DNA of 64,000 bases from a virus. Its lineage: Duplodnaviria; Caudoviricetes. Below are positions 39,954 through 49,403 of this stretch, in pieces; position 1 is the first letter of the stretch; the number at the start of each line of letters is the position of its first letter. Made by a program: the position numbers and the translations under genes. The stretch lies in IMG/VR virus record IMGVR_UViG_3300028048_001915, positions 23,268 to 87,267 of that record. One strand, given 5' to 3'. Below the pieces are notes generated by a model. That model was given only the letters and a program-made list of their open reading frames with translations. It was not told the DNA's origin and did no database searches.

Positions 39954-41093
39954 TTAATCAGTATCTTTTAACTCAATATGATTTTTAATAATATTCAAAA
40001 TCCTTTTTTTATAAGAATAAATATCTGAAACATTCTTAATATCTATTTTATCACCTATTTTCATTCCATTATGTCCTACTTCAACATTGTCAAATAGTTC
40101 TATTTTTAAATTATCCTGGTTATTGAAATGGAATCTGACAATTGTATAAAATTGATGATCATCTAATAACACATTACAGTAACTTTTACGGTCACGAATT
40201 GTTATTCTTTCACTGTCTGTTACTTCTGCAGCTATTGATTTAATGATATAATATCCCTCTAATTCTTCAGGTGTTGTGACTATATCATCGGTTACTGGTG
40301 CTTCTTTTTCAGTTTCTTGAACTTCTTCTTTTTCTTCAGATACATCTGTTCTTGCTACTGCATCAGCTAATCTTTTTTCTACTTTTTCATTGATAATTTC
40401 AGTAGATACACTTGTAAGTATTAATCCAAATCTTTCTTTAATTGATTGGGTTAACACTCCATCATATACTTGTTTTCCTATTGTTTTAATGAATTCTTCT
40501 GATGGGTCTTCTAATTCATTTATTAATGTTTTTTTGATTAAGTTACGATATTTTAAGTCATCTGCTCTTGTGACTATTTCATCAATATCGAAGTTGTTTT
40601 TAACGAATTTTTCTAATTCTTTTATATCATTTTTTGTAAGGTTTAATAAGTTAATGTCCAGGAATGGTTTTTCAGCCATTCTGTTATTATCATCACCTGT
40701 GGTGAAGAATTTATATTCAACACCATTAGTTAGGATTCCTATTTGGATGTCTGTGATGCTGAAGTATCTGTATAATTGTGAGATGTGATCACTTGTTAGT
40801 GGGTTGTTTACTTGTTTGCATTCGATGAATATTATTGGTTCATCATTTTCTAATATTGCTAAGTCGACTTTTTCTCCTTGTTTTGTTCCTACGTCTGCAG
40901 TGTATTCTGCTCTTACTTCTGCAGGGTTGGTGGTGTCATATCCTAGTATTCTTAGGAATGGCATTATTAATGCTATTTTTGTTGTTTCTTCGCTGTCGAT
41001 GTGCTCGAGTTTTGTTTTTATGTCTTTACAAAATTCTTTCACTTCATTTTCAAATGACATTTTTATTCGCACCTTCCTTTTTTTGGTCTTCAT
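39954..41093 (-). CDS. Type I restriction HsdR N-terminal-like PD-(D/E)xK nuclease domain protein
   Basis: EETTKIALIMPFL..LGY...KVDLAI...IECK...QLYRYF...ILTNG. Confidence 0.8.
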   Translation of the reverse strand: MKTKKRKVRIKMSFENEVKEFCKDIKTKLEHIDSEETTKIALIMPFLRILGYDTTNPAEVRAEYTADVGTKQGEKVDLAILENDEPIIFIECKQVNNPLTSDHISQLYRYFSITDIQIGILTNGVEYKFFTTGDDNNRMAEKPFLDINLLNLTKNDIKELEKFVKNNFDIDEIVTRADDLKYRNLIKKTLINELEDPSEEFIKTIGKQVYDGVLTQSIKERFGLILTSVSTEIINEKVEKRLADAVARTDVSEEKEEVQETEKEAPVTDDIVTTPEELEGYYIIKSIAAEVTDSERITIRDRKSYCNVLLDDHQFYTIVRFHFNNQDNLKIELFDNVEVGHNGMKIGDKIDIKNVSDIYSYKKRILNIIKNHIELKDTD

Positions 41094-41305
41094 TATTATA
41101 TTGTCTTGTTATATATTTAAATGTTTTTATAGGCTTATTTTAAACATTATTCAGTAAAATAAACATTTTATTATGTGTTTGTTTAATGATAAATTGGAAA
41201 ACATATGGGAATCATTTTTCACTGTTTAACAAAAAATAATAAAAATTACTGAAATGTACAAAAAAAAATATAATAAAAAAGAATAGAAAAAATTAACTCA
41301 AACAT

Positions 41306-41767
41306 CTAAAATGTCAAACTATCAATAATATGAGCCTCTTTGTTCATACCCACCTTACCAGTATGATAAGTGAATTTAATTGGTTTATCAACACTTAATT
41401 CAAAATCACCATTACCAGTGTTCTTAGTACTGATTTCACCATATTTCACTCCAAGATTATTCCTTATATCTGCTTTTTGACTAGTGTCCTGATATTGAGT
41501 CATAAAACCTCTCGCAAAAGCAGGTGATTCCTCACATAACTTATCATATTCATTATAACCTAAGTAATATGGTGTTCCATTAATAACAATTGCAGCATCA
41601 TACCCACTTTCACTAGCTGGACCATTCAAACTGTAGAAATAGAATGTGTCTGAGGTTGTTGCTTCTATTGTATCTGAAGCAGTTACTATTCCAATTAATG
41701 TTGCTCCTATTATCAGTAATGATAGTAGCATTATTATTTTTTTCATCATAATTAGTTCATCCTCCAT
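41306..41767 (-). CDS. Secreted or membrane-anchored protein
   Basis: MKKIIMLLSLLIIGATLIGIVTA signal peptide-like N-terminus. Confidence 0.6.
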   Translation of the reverse strand: MEDELIMMKKIIMLLSLLIIGATLIGIVTASDTIEATTSDTFYFYSLNGPASESGYDAAIVINGTPYYLGYNEYDKLCEESPAFARGFMTQYQDTSQKADIRNNLGVKYGEISTKNTGNGDFELSVDKPIKFTYHTGKVGMNKEAHIIDSLTF

Positions 41768-41768
41768 T

Positions 41769-42182
41769 TTAATATTTTAATTTTATTCCACAATGTGGAC
41801 AATTAGCCCGTTGACCCTTGAAATTCTTACCGCAAGACCCACAAGTATAAGTTTTATTTGGGTTTGGGAATGATGGTCCTACACGGACAGCATTGTTCTG
41901 AGACCTGCTTTTAGCCCAACGGTAGAAAAAGAAAGTTACTATTAATGCAAGTATAACTCCTAATAATGGTCCGAGAATTAATACGCCTATGAATAGTGTT
42001 ATGAAAAATGCTATGATAGTTACCATGTATCTTCCTACACTGCTGGTATTGTCCCCGCCTCTTCCGGTTCTTGCTGCTCTCATTTGGTTTCCACATACAG
42101 GGCATTTGTATACTCCTCTTTCTTCTTCACTTGTGAACCCGCAGGCATCACATATATAATCGAAATGTGCCATTTTTTTCAC
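41769..42182 (-). CDS. Membrane protein with two zinc ribbons
   Basis: CDAC..CPVC, two transmembrane helices, CGSC..CPHC. Confidence 0.7.
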   Translation of the reverse strand: MKKMAHFDYICDACGFTSEEERGVYKCPVCGNQMRAARTGRGGDNTSSVGRYMVTIIAFFITLFIGVLILGPLLGVILALIVTFFFYRWAKSRSQNNAVRVGPSFPNPNKTYTCGSCGKNFKGQRANCPHCGIKLKY

Positions 42183-42242
42183 CTCACTATATTATATTTT
42201 TGTGTATATTAGGTTAATATATTTTTATTTTTAATCGAAAGT

Positions 42243-42276
42243 TTTAAAAAAGTAACATATTATTAAATACACACAA
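42243..42276 (+). promoter_or_regulatory. TWTAAAAAAGYAAC promoter-like motif upstream of csf1
   Basis: TTTAAAAAAGTAAC at 42243-42256 followed by ATACACACAA, which is also present at 48885-48894. Confidence 0.6.
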
Positions 42277-42315
42277 TCAAATCCAAAGGAGGAATTAAAT
42301 ATACTATTTAGTGAA

Positions 42316-42936
42316 ATGTTATGTAACACATTAAACATAACTCCAGAAACTGGTGAAATATCTGGAGAATGTTGTATATGTAAAAAACATACTGAAACTG
42401 GTTTTAAAAAAAAATTCAGTGGAAATTTCACATGTGCTGATTATATTAGTACTGGTGAAGTAATATGTCCAGAATGCCAATATTTAGTTAAAAATAGTAA
42501 TGAATATCGAAGAACGATGTTTCTTTTAACAGAAGATGAATTAATTAAATTCAAGAAGAAAGAAGCTAAAGATATAGTATTTAATTTACCTGATAAACCA
42601 TTTTATATTTATTTAACTAAAACTTGGCAGAAAATAGGGTGGATACGGATGAATGAAGTATATAATCCAAGTAAAGATGGAATAATTAATTTTTTAGTTG
42701 ATTATGATATTATTCATACGAATATGGATAACTTAAAAAAACATTATGATAATATCCACATCCTAAGAGAATTGAAAATACCTAAAACAGTATTAGAAAC
42801 TGGAAAATTAGAAATGCATCATTTTAACAAAATAAAAGATGAATACGATATCAAAACTGCTAGAAAATATAGTAAATATCTTAATTCTATGTCTAATAAT
42901 CCAGTTTATGATTTAGCATTATATTTGGAGGATTAA
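42316..42936 (+). CDS. csf1: Type IV CRISPR large subunit Csf1 (Cas8-like)
   Basis: N-terminal CCIC...CPEC zinc finger and PDKPFYIYLTKTWQKIGW motif; first gene of the csf operon. Confidence 0.75.
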   Translation: MLCNTLNITPETGEISGECCICKKHTETGFKKKFSGNFTCADYISTGEVICPECQYLVKNSNEYRRTMFLLTEDELIKFKKKEAKDIVFNLPDKPFYIYLTKTWQKIGWIRMNEVYNPSKDGIINFLVDYDIIHTNMDNLKKHYDNIHILRELKIPKTVLETGKLEMHHFNKIKDEYDIKTARKYSKYLNSMSNNPVYDLALYLED

Positions 42937-42940
42937 TATA

Positions 42941-43324
42941 ATGGAAGATGATTATAAAACTCAAGAAGAATTAGAAATGACAATTGAAAAAGATTTAGCT
43001 TACTGCTTGGCAAATGTATATCGAAAGATTCCTTGGAGGAAAATAGGTGTTAAATCTGCACATAAGTTTTTTGTAGATCGTATACGTGCAAGTAGTAATA
43101 GTCGAAATTTTAAGGAATTTTTAGATGTGTTCACACGAAAATGTAATGTAGAATTTGTTAGATTAGATACTGAAATTATTGATTTTTTAGAAGCACATAT
43201 TAATATTACTATGATGTTACTTCGTAAAGAATCAACTTTTATAGCTAATTTAGCATTGGAAAAAGTAGATGAGTTAAAGAAAGCTGAAAAATTGGCTAAA
43301 ACTGGTCAAAAAACATTAATATAA
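42941..43324 (+). CDS. cas11: Type IV-B small subunit (Cas11-like)
   Basis: 127 aa all-helical protein between csf1 and csf2. Confidence 0.6.
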   Translation: MEDDYKTQEELEMTIEKDLAYCLANVYRKIPWRKIGVKSAHKFFVDRIRASSNSRNFKEFLDVFTRKCNVEFVRLDTEIIDFLEAHINITMMLLRKESTFIANLALEKVDELKKAEKLAKTGQKTLI

Positions 43325-43344
43325 AAAAAGGAGTTTGAGTATTT

Positions 43345-44193
43345 ATGGAAACTTTAAAAATAAAGGGAAATTGGACTGCATTATCTCCAATCCATCATGG
43401 TGGTTCTGAGGATTATGGTACTACTAAATTAATTTTAACATTACCTACAGTAGTTATTAATCCATTAACAGGTGAAGAAGAAATTGATAATATTCCTGCA
43501 ATTCATGGGAATGCTGTTAGAGGATATTTAAGACGTTTGATAATGGATGATTTTTTAACATTATTAGATTATGAATTAGATTCCAAAAAAGTTTATCATT
43601 TCTTATTTACTGGTGGAATACTTGAAGCATTAGATAGTAAAGATAAAGGAGCGATTAATTTAACTTTAAAAAAACAGATTCGTGAGTTAATTCCACCAAT
43701 AAGTTTGATTGGTTCTGCTTTAGGAAATCAGATGATTCAAGGAAAGTTAAAAGTAGGAATGGGTGATATTGTTTGTAGTGAAACTAAACATTATATTGAA
43801 GATTATAGTGATTATGATTTCAGTGCATATAATCTTAAAGGATCTGATTTTGGTACGAGATTGGATGATTTGAAAGAGGGTAAAACAGATGATGATGAGC
43901 AAGCTCATCAGATGAAATATGAATTTGAAACTTTAATTAGAGGTACTAAATTTACTCATGAATTTATTTTAGAAGACTGTAATAGTATAGAAAAGGCTTG
44001 TTTCCATAGGATGATTAAATTATGGGAAGAAAGACCTTATCTTGGAGGTAAATCTGGTACTGGTTATGGTAAAATTCGTTTGGATTATCCTAGTTTAAAT
44101 GATTTGGATGATTTGGATTATCTTAATTATATTGAAGATAATAAAGATGAAATTACTAATTTGTTAAATGAGTTAGTGAAAATATGGAAATAA
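43345..44193 (+). CDS. csf2: Type IV CRISPR backbone Csf2 (Cas7 RAMP)
   Basis: ALSPIHHG, PAIHGNAVRGYLRR, FLFTGG, PPISLIG, QMKYEFE and G-rich loop LGGKSGTGYG. Confidence 0.92.
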   Translation: METLKIKGNWTALSPIHHGGSEDYGTTKLILTLPTVVINPLTGEEEIDNIPAIHGNAVRGYLRRLIMDDFLTLLDYELDSKKVYHFLFTGGILEALDSKDKGAINLTLKKQIRELIPPISLIGSALGNQMIQGKLKVGMGDIVCSETKHYIEDYSDYDFSAYNLKGSDFGTRLDDLKEGKTDDDEQAHQMKYEFETLIRGTKFTHEFILEDCNSIEKACFHRMIKLWEERPYLGGKSGTGYGKIRLDYPSLNDLDDLDYLNYIEDNKDEITNLLNELVKIWK

Positions 44194-44909
44194 AAAAAGA
44201 AATCATGCAAAGAATACTTGATTATAGTAGTGGATGTAACTATTCTCCATTAGAAATAGTGATGGATGTTACTCCACCTATTTATATTACAAGTCCATGG
44301 TTGCATCTTGATAGTATTTTAACATATTTATGTCTTCGTGATGCATTAGGTGATTTATTTTATATTATGCCTTCAAATGAAAAAATTGATGTTAGTTTAT
44401 TAGATGTTCCATTAATGAAAACAAGTGATGTGTATCATAGCAGTGTTGGAATATATTATAAACCAAGATTATATCGTGACACTATATATAAAAGATTCAC
44501 TGATAAAGAAACCCATAAATTAACTCGTAAACAACAAAAAGGCAGAATCAAAACTAATCAAGGCCATTTTAAAGATTTTATGATAAATCTCCCAATATTA
44601 ATCACAGATAAAATAACATTTTACTGTAATGGAGATAAAGAAGAAATAACTCGATTATTATCCTATTTAACTAATATTGGGAAAAAAACAAGTATTGGTA
44701 GCGGGAAAATAAGAAAAATAACTGTTAACTCCATTAATGAAGATTATAGTTTCTTTAAAAATGAAAAAATTATGAGGCCAATACCTGCAACTTTAGATGT
44801 GCCTGTTGTTCCAGGCATGGTATTTGAACAACAACCATACAAACCACCCTACTGGGATAAAAATAATGTTTGTATGTGTATTGTTCCCGAGAATCAATTG
44901 CAAATGTGA
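44184..44909 (+). CDS. csf3: Type IV CRISPR Csf3 (Cas5 RAMP)
   Basis: HLDSIL, GHFK, IGKKTSIGSG, RPIP and YKPPYW motifs. Confidence 0.9.
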   Translation: MEIKKEIMQRILDYSSGCNYSPLEIVMDVTPPIYITSPWLHLDSILTYLCLRDALGDLFYIMPSNEKIDVSLLDVPLMKTSDVYHSSVGIYYKPRLYRDTIYKRFTDKETHKLTRKQQKGRIKTNQGHFKDFMINLPILITDKITFYCNGDKEEITRLLSYLTNIGKKTSIGSGKIRKITVNSINEDYSFFKNEKIMRPIPATLDVPVVPGMVFEQQPYKPPYWDKNNVCMCIVPENQLQM

Positions 44910-44915
44910 TTTACT

Positions 44916-45614
44916 ATGAGATTACTATTAAAATTTAACTCATCAGAGAAAATAAATCCTTATCAAATTTCTAAATTTGAAATACAGGGATTTATTTATT
45001 CTTTATTAAAAGGAACACGATATAATTATCTTCATGATAGAAAGGGGTTTAAATTTTTTTGTTTTAGTAATATTTTCATAATTAAACAGAAATATCATTT
45101 AATTATTAGTTCACCTGATCCAAAGATGATAAAAACATTATATTATAAATTAAAAACAATGGATACATTAAGATTAGGAGAAAAAATATATTCTATAAAT
45201 GAATTAATTTTAATAAATCTTCCTAGAAAATTTAATTATTTCAAAACAAGTACACCAATAATTTTATTCCATAATCAAACAAGAAGTAACCATTGCTACA
45301 GTTTTAAAAAAGATGATATTAATTATGCATGGTTTTTTGAACGTTTAAAAGATAATGCTTTGAAAAAATATAATGCATTTTATAATGATGAGTATTCTTT
45401 TGAAGGTCCTTTATTTTCATCATTTAGTTTTAAAAGAGAAGTTGCTATGGACTTTAAAAGGAAAAACCATAAATTTGTTTTAATTGGTTCTTTGTGGGAT
45501 AAATTAGATTATGATTATACTAAAGATAATATCAAATTCTATAAATTTATTTATGAAAATGGTCTTGGGGAAAAGAACGGATTAGGTTATGGAATGTTAA
45601 ACAATGTTAAATAA
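44916..45614 (+). CDS. cas6: CRISPR RNA-processing endoribonuclease Cas6
   Basis: KGFKFFCFSNIF, IISSPD, TSTPI and C-terminal GLGEKNGLGYGML G-loop. Confidence 0.92.
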   Translation: MRLLLKFNSSEKINPYQISKFEIQGFIYSLLKGTRYNYLHDRKGFKFFCFSNIFIIKQKYHLIISSPDPKMIKTLYYKLKTMDTLRLGEKIYSINELILINLPRKFNYFKTSTPIILFHNQTRSNHCYSFKKDDINYAWFFERLKDNALKKYNAFYNDEYSFEGPLFSSFSFKREVAMDFKRKNHKFVLIGSLWDKLDYDYTKDNIKFYKFIYENGLGEKNGLGYGMLNNVK

Positions 45615-45626
45615 AAGTGATTTAAA

Positions 45627-46412
45627 ATGCACCCTGATAATAATATGCCAAGAAGAACACGATTAAGCTATGAGATGCACAGTAAACATAAATCATATCA
45701 AGATAATATTAAATTAGCTGAAGAGAATATTTCAGAAATTTTAAATTCAAAATACAAACCAGTGATTGAATATTCTGGTGGGAAAGACAGTCTTGTATTG
45801 TTACATATGGTTATGCAGCAGGACAATACTGTGCCCATTTTCAATTATCATCCTGGTTATGGGAAATATGCTAAGCAGATTTATCGTACACAGAAAACAC
45901 ATAATGAGTTAATGCGTAGTGCAGAGATTGCAGGAGCTATGGATTTGACCGTAGTCAACACCCCTTTTTGGAACGGAGAAAAATACTTAATTGGAGATTA
46001 CTTCCCAATGTTATTTAATTTCATGAAAAAAAGGAATTGTGATTTAGAGTTATTAGGTATTCGTGGCGGTGAATCTGTTACACGTAAACATCGTGTTAAA
46101 GGGCCATTAATTCGTATGGAGGGTCAAAGAAGAGTATCTTTCCCTATCCGACATTTAACTGTTGATGATATATGGACATATATTATTACAAATGATTTGT
46201 ATTATATATCTCATTACGACAAATATGCCCAAGTATATGGTTATGAAAATGCAAGATTTACTAGTTTATTTAATGAAAACAATTTAGATGTTGGAGGGTC
46301 ATTTTTCTTTGATAAGATTATATTATCTGAAGAATCTAATCAACAAGCAGAATTACATGAAAAATGGTGGACTAGAATAAATAAATTAGATGGAGGTGAT
46401 AATTATGGATAG
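45627..46412 (+). CDS. cysH: PAPS/APS-reductase-family (CysH-like) adenine nucleotide alpha-hydrolase, the type IV-B accessory protein
   Basis: PP-loop SGGKDS, LGIRGGES..R, PIRHLTVDDIWTYI. Confidence 0.85.
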   Translation: MHPDNNMPRRTRLSYEMHSKHKSYQDNIKLAEENISEILNSKYKPVIEYSGGKDSLVLLHMVMQQDNTVPIFNYHPGYGKYAKQIYRTQKTHNELMRSAEIAGAMDLTVVNTPFWNGEKYLIGDYFPMLFNFMKKRNCDLELLGIRGGESVTRKHRVKGPLIRMEGQRRVSFPIRHLTVDDIWTYIITNDLYYISHYDKYAQVYGYENARFTSLFNENNLDVGGSFFFDKIILSEESNQQAELHEKWWTRINKLDGGDNYG

Positions 46413-46424
46413 TAAAGGTAAAGA

Positions 46425-47219
46425 TTAAGGGGATTTATTCCTCTTAATTTTTTTTAAAGAAGTAACCACATCTAATGCATCAAAAATAGTATCATATAAA
46501 TCTGTATCGTAAGTTTTACCATCAATACTTATTGTTCCACGCCATTTTCCTAAATGAGGGATATAATAAACATTATTCCAATAAGATAACTCAGTATATG
46601 TTAAATCAAACTGTTTTAAATACTGATAAATAAACTCGCGAGTGATACCATTATCAATATCTTCAACAACATCATATATACTCATACCTTGCATTTTGCA
46701 GGATAATAAGTAAGGTACTCCTCCTTTTTCTTCAATAAGACTATACATTTTCATTGTTTTTTTAGGAGTGCGTTTAACATAACCTAATTCTTTTTTGGTA
46801 ATGTTCTCTTTTTTTAGTATTTCTGTGATTGCATGGTCTAATGTACCTTGCTTAACATTTAGCTCATCTGCAAGTGTGGTTATATTATGTCCTTCTTTGA
46901 ATTTCCGCTTTAAATAGTTTATTCCACCAATTTCATTAAGTTTATCTTCTAAACTTTGAGTATAATTGATATTAAAATCATCCCAATTATAACAACTAAT
47001 TTCAATCCATTTGTTTAACGTGATTGGGGATATATTTAACTCTTCAGCGATTTCTCCACGATGTTTGAATTCTTTATTTATAATTTCACTTAATAAATAG
47101 TTTATTTCAGTAACAGATTTTTTAGTTCCCATACGAATCCCCATGAAAAAAAGTAAACTTAATAATGAGTTGACCAAACATTTTTGATCAACCCATAAAA
47201 TGATTCGAGTACAACACAT
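46425..47219 (-). CDS. Multi-HTH protein with a C-terminal AP2-like domain (start probably at MGTKKS, 47131)
   Basis: IAEELNISPITLNKW and LADELNVKQGTL HTH motifs; KWRGTISIDGKTY. Confidence 0.55.
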   Translation of the reverse strand: MCCTRIILWVDQKCLVNSLLSLLFFMGIRMGTKKSVTEINYLLSEIINKEFKHRGEIAEELNISPITLNKWIEISCYNWDDFNINYTQSLEDKLNEIGGINYLKRKFKEGHNITTLADELNVKQGTLDHAITEILKKENITKKELGYVKRTPKKTMKMYSLIEEKGGVPYLLSCKMQGMSIYDVVEDIDNGITREFIYQYLKQFDLTYTELSYWNNVYYIPHLGKWRGTISIDGKTYDTDLYDTIFDALDVVTSLKKIKRNKSP

Positions 47220-47233
47220 GTGTGCTGCACTTA

Positions 47234-47734
47234 TTATATATTTTCAAGTAACTTCTTAAATTTTTCTTTATTATTTTTTCCAGGAATTGATTGGAATTTC
47301 TTCATTTGTGATGGGGTTAATTTGAAACTCACTCTCTCTGTTGCATATTCATAATCTGAGATATTAGTTGAATATATGTTAAAAATAGTATTGAACATAT
47401 TTTTAACTTGTTCTTCTTCAGAAACATTAGTTGATTTGATTTCATTGAGTTTATCTATTAAATCATACTCTAATGTTGCTTCTTTGATATACATCTCTGT
47501 ACTGGCTGAGATGCCCATCCCAGTCATAAACAAGCTCACCATATAACTGAATGATGTAGCATGAACTACATCAAATCCATGATGGCGTGCATAATATCGA
47601 GCAAATGCACACCATCTCGTTGAATTATCTACGATGGATAATGTGATTCCATGTTCTTTGAGGAATTCTTTTAGAACTTCATCAGTCATATCTGCATCAA
47701 TTATCGTATAGTCATATTCATTTTCCCAAAACAT
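47234..47734 (-). CDS. Hypothetical protein
   Basis: ORF in tandem with neighbours and preceded by a GGTGA SD. Confidence 0.45.
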   Translation of the reverse strand: MFWENEYDYTIIDADMTDEVLKEFLKEHGITLSIVDNSTRWCAFARYYARHHGFDVVHATSFSYMVSLFMTGMGISASTEMYIKEATLEYDLIDKLNEIKSTNVSEEEQVKNMFNTIFNIYSTNISDYEYATERVSFKLTPSQMKKFQSIPGKNNKEKFKKLLENI

Positions 47735-47761
47735 TTTAGATCACCATTTTAAAAAATAAAA

Positions 47762-48781
47762 TTAGGGATTGTTAATAATCCCATTTGTTATGAGGTACTG
47801 ATAAAGAGTTTCATCATCAGTAATAAGTGCGATTTCTTCTATGTCTCCTTCTTCGAATAATTGCTCTGCATTTTCACCATATTTTGCATATATCAACAAT
47901 TCTCTTGAAATTGATTGAGCATATGCCTTTTTAAAAGATTCAGTATAATATGAAATGATTTCATCTTTATAATCACAATCATCTTCCCAAAAACTTTTTG
48001 GGATTTCTACAACATACCCATTATCATAAACGATATCACTAACTTTTGTTTCATCATATGTGTATGGGTCTTCATAGTATACATCTTCATGTAGGATAAT
48101 TGTATTTCCATTAAATTTAGGGATAAATCTCATGTAATACTGACAGTCCCAATCAGAGTCATAGTCTTCATATTCTATTTCGAATTTTGCCCCTTCATTG
48201 ATGATTAATATGAGGTTTTCCCTCACATAAGTACGGTTTTCAGTATCGTCTGATTGTAAGATGGCATCATCAATCCAAAGTCCATCATCAGCCAAATCAG
48301 ATTCAAATTGAGCAAGTTCATTTTCTTGCTCAATAGTTGATCCTTTGATAGAAATTCCATCATGGAAGAGGAATCTCCTTGATTGGTATCCTGTACCATT
48401 CCAGAAATACCAGTCAATATCTTCAGCTTCAGAATCATTGATTGTAACGTATCCTTCAACATATACTTCTTCATTTCTGTTTGAAACAATTTTAAATGAT
48501 ACATCAAAAGATTCAAAGTAGTTTATTTCTTCTTTGATTTCTTCTGAAATTTCTCCACCATTGTCGATGAATTCTACAAGTTCTTCTTTGATTTCAGTTA
48601 ATAATTCTTCAGATTCTTTGATGTCTTCTTTTGCTCTTTTGATGACTCTTTCACGTGCTTCTAATTGTTCTTGAGTCATGTTTTCGATATCTAATTCTTC
48701 CATTTTAGCAAGTTTTTCTCTTGCGTTTTCAAGCAATTGTTTTTCAGTGTAATATTCGTTTTCTAAACTCATTTTTTTCAA
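47762..48781 (-). CDS. Highly acidic hypothetical protein
   Basis: 339 aa, Asp/Glu-rich, N-terminal coiled coil. Confidence 0.5.
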   Translation of the reverse strand: MKKMSLENEYYTEKQLLENAREKLAKMEELDIENMTQEQLEARERVIKRAKEDIKESEELLTEIKEELVEFIDNGGEISEEIKEEINYFESFDVSFKIVSNRNEEVYVEGYVTINDSEAEDIDWYFWNGTGYQSRRFLFHDGISIKGSTIEQENELAQFESDLADDGLWIDDAILQSDDTENRTYVRENLILIINEGAKFEIEYEDYDSDWDCQYYMRFIPKFNGNTIILHEDVYYEDPYTYDETKVSDIVYDNGYVVEIPKSFWEDDCDYKDEIISYYTESFKKAYAQSISRELLIYAKYGENAEQLFEEGDIEEIALITDDETLYQYLITNGIINNP

Positions 48782-48867
48782 CTCGAATCATTTTTTTGAG
48801 AAGTTCACTTCTCGTTATACTTATGTTGGTCTTACTAGTATATATACTTTTCTATAAAATAACAAAC

Positions 48868-48894
48868 TTTAAAAAAGCAACTTCATACACACAA
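48868..48894 (+). promoter_or_regulatory. TWTAAAAAAGYAAC promoter-like motif at the head of the rightward operon
   Basis: TTTAAAAAAGCAAC followed by ATACACACAA. Confidence 0.6.
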
Positions 48895-49058
48895 CAATAA
48901 GAAAAAAAATCAAAAAGGAATGTTAACTCATGGATTTATCAGAGTTTATTTACCGTTTCAGTAAAGAATACAGTGTTCAACATCTAGATGATGCTGAAGA
49001 GGGTGTTTTCGTAGATGAAATAGTTGAAGATGTTTACTTAATAAGGAGATATTAAAAT

Positions 49059-49403
49059 ATGGTTTACGTTGTGCATGAAAAACAGAAGGAAATTAAATTC
49101 TTGAAAGAATACTATCCATTAATCAGAGATGGTGTTAAAAGACAAACAATGCGTTTAGCAAATAAAAGATTAGATGTTAATGAGGATGATATTGTAACCG
49201 CAATTTTCCCAGGACTTGATGACACACTAAAAATAAAAATTACGAAGATTGGTTATCGTCAGTTCAAACACATCAAATTAGAAGATGCTGCCATGGAAGG
49301 TTATGATAGTATTAGTGGTTTGAAGAATGATTTAGTTAAAATTTATCCTGATATTAATAAATGGGATAGATTGTATTATTATCAATTTGAATTAGTGGAG
49401 TAG
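49059..49403 (+). CDS. ASCH domain protein
   Basis: IRDGVKRQTMR, DDIV and LEDAAMEGY motifs. Confidence 0.85.
   Translation: MVYVVHEKQKEIKFLKEYYPLIRDGVKRQTMRLANKRLDVNEDDIVTAIFPGLDDTLKIKITKIGYRQFKHIKLEDAAMEGYDSISGLKNDLVKIYPDINKWDRLYYYQFELVE

Noticed and set aside
41115-41145. GTTTAAAATAAGCCTATAAAAACATTTAAAT (minus strand) as a CRISPR repeat
   Set aside because: It overlaps the likely BRE/TATA (AAAACATTTAAATATAT) of the HsdR-N gene, and the same TATA-like string occurs near 22317. A promoter is the simpler explanation.
43300-43324. C-terminal GQKTLI of Cas11 as a PCNA-interacting PIP box
   Set aside because: Only the QxxL half is present and the aromatic residues are absent; too weak to claim
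41094-49058. CRISPR array near the csf operon
   Set aside because: I read all intergenic gaps here, plus 14.4-15.1, 21.8-22.65, 39.1-39.95 and 63.0-63.4 kb, and found no regularly spaced 25-40 nt repeats. A CRT/minced run would be decisive.
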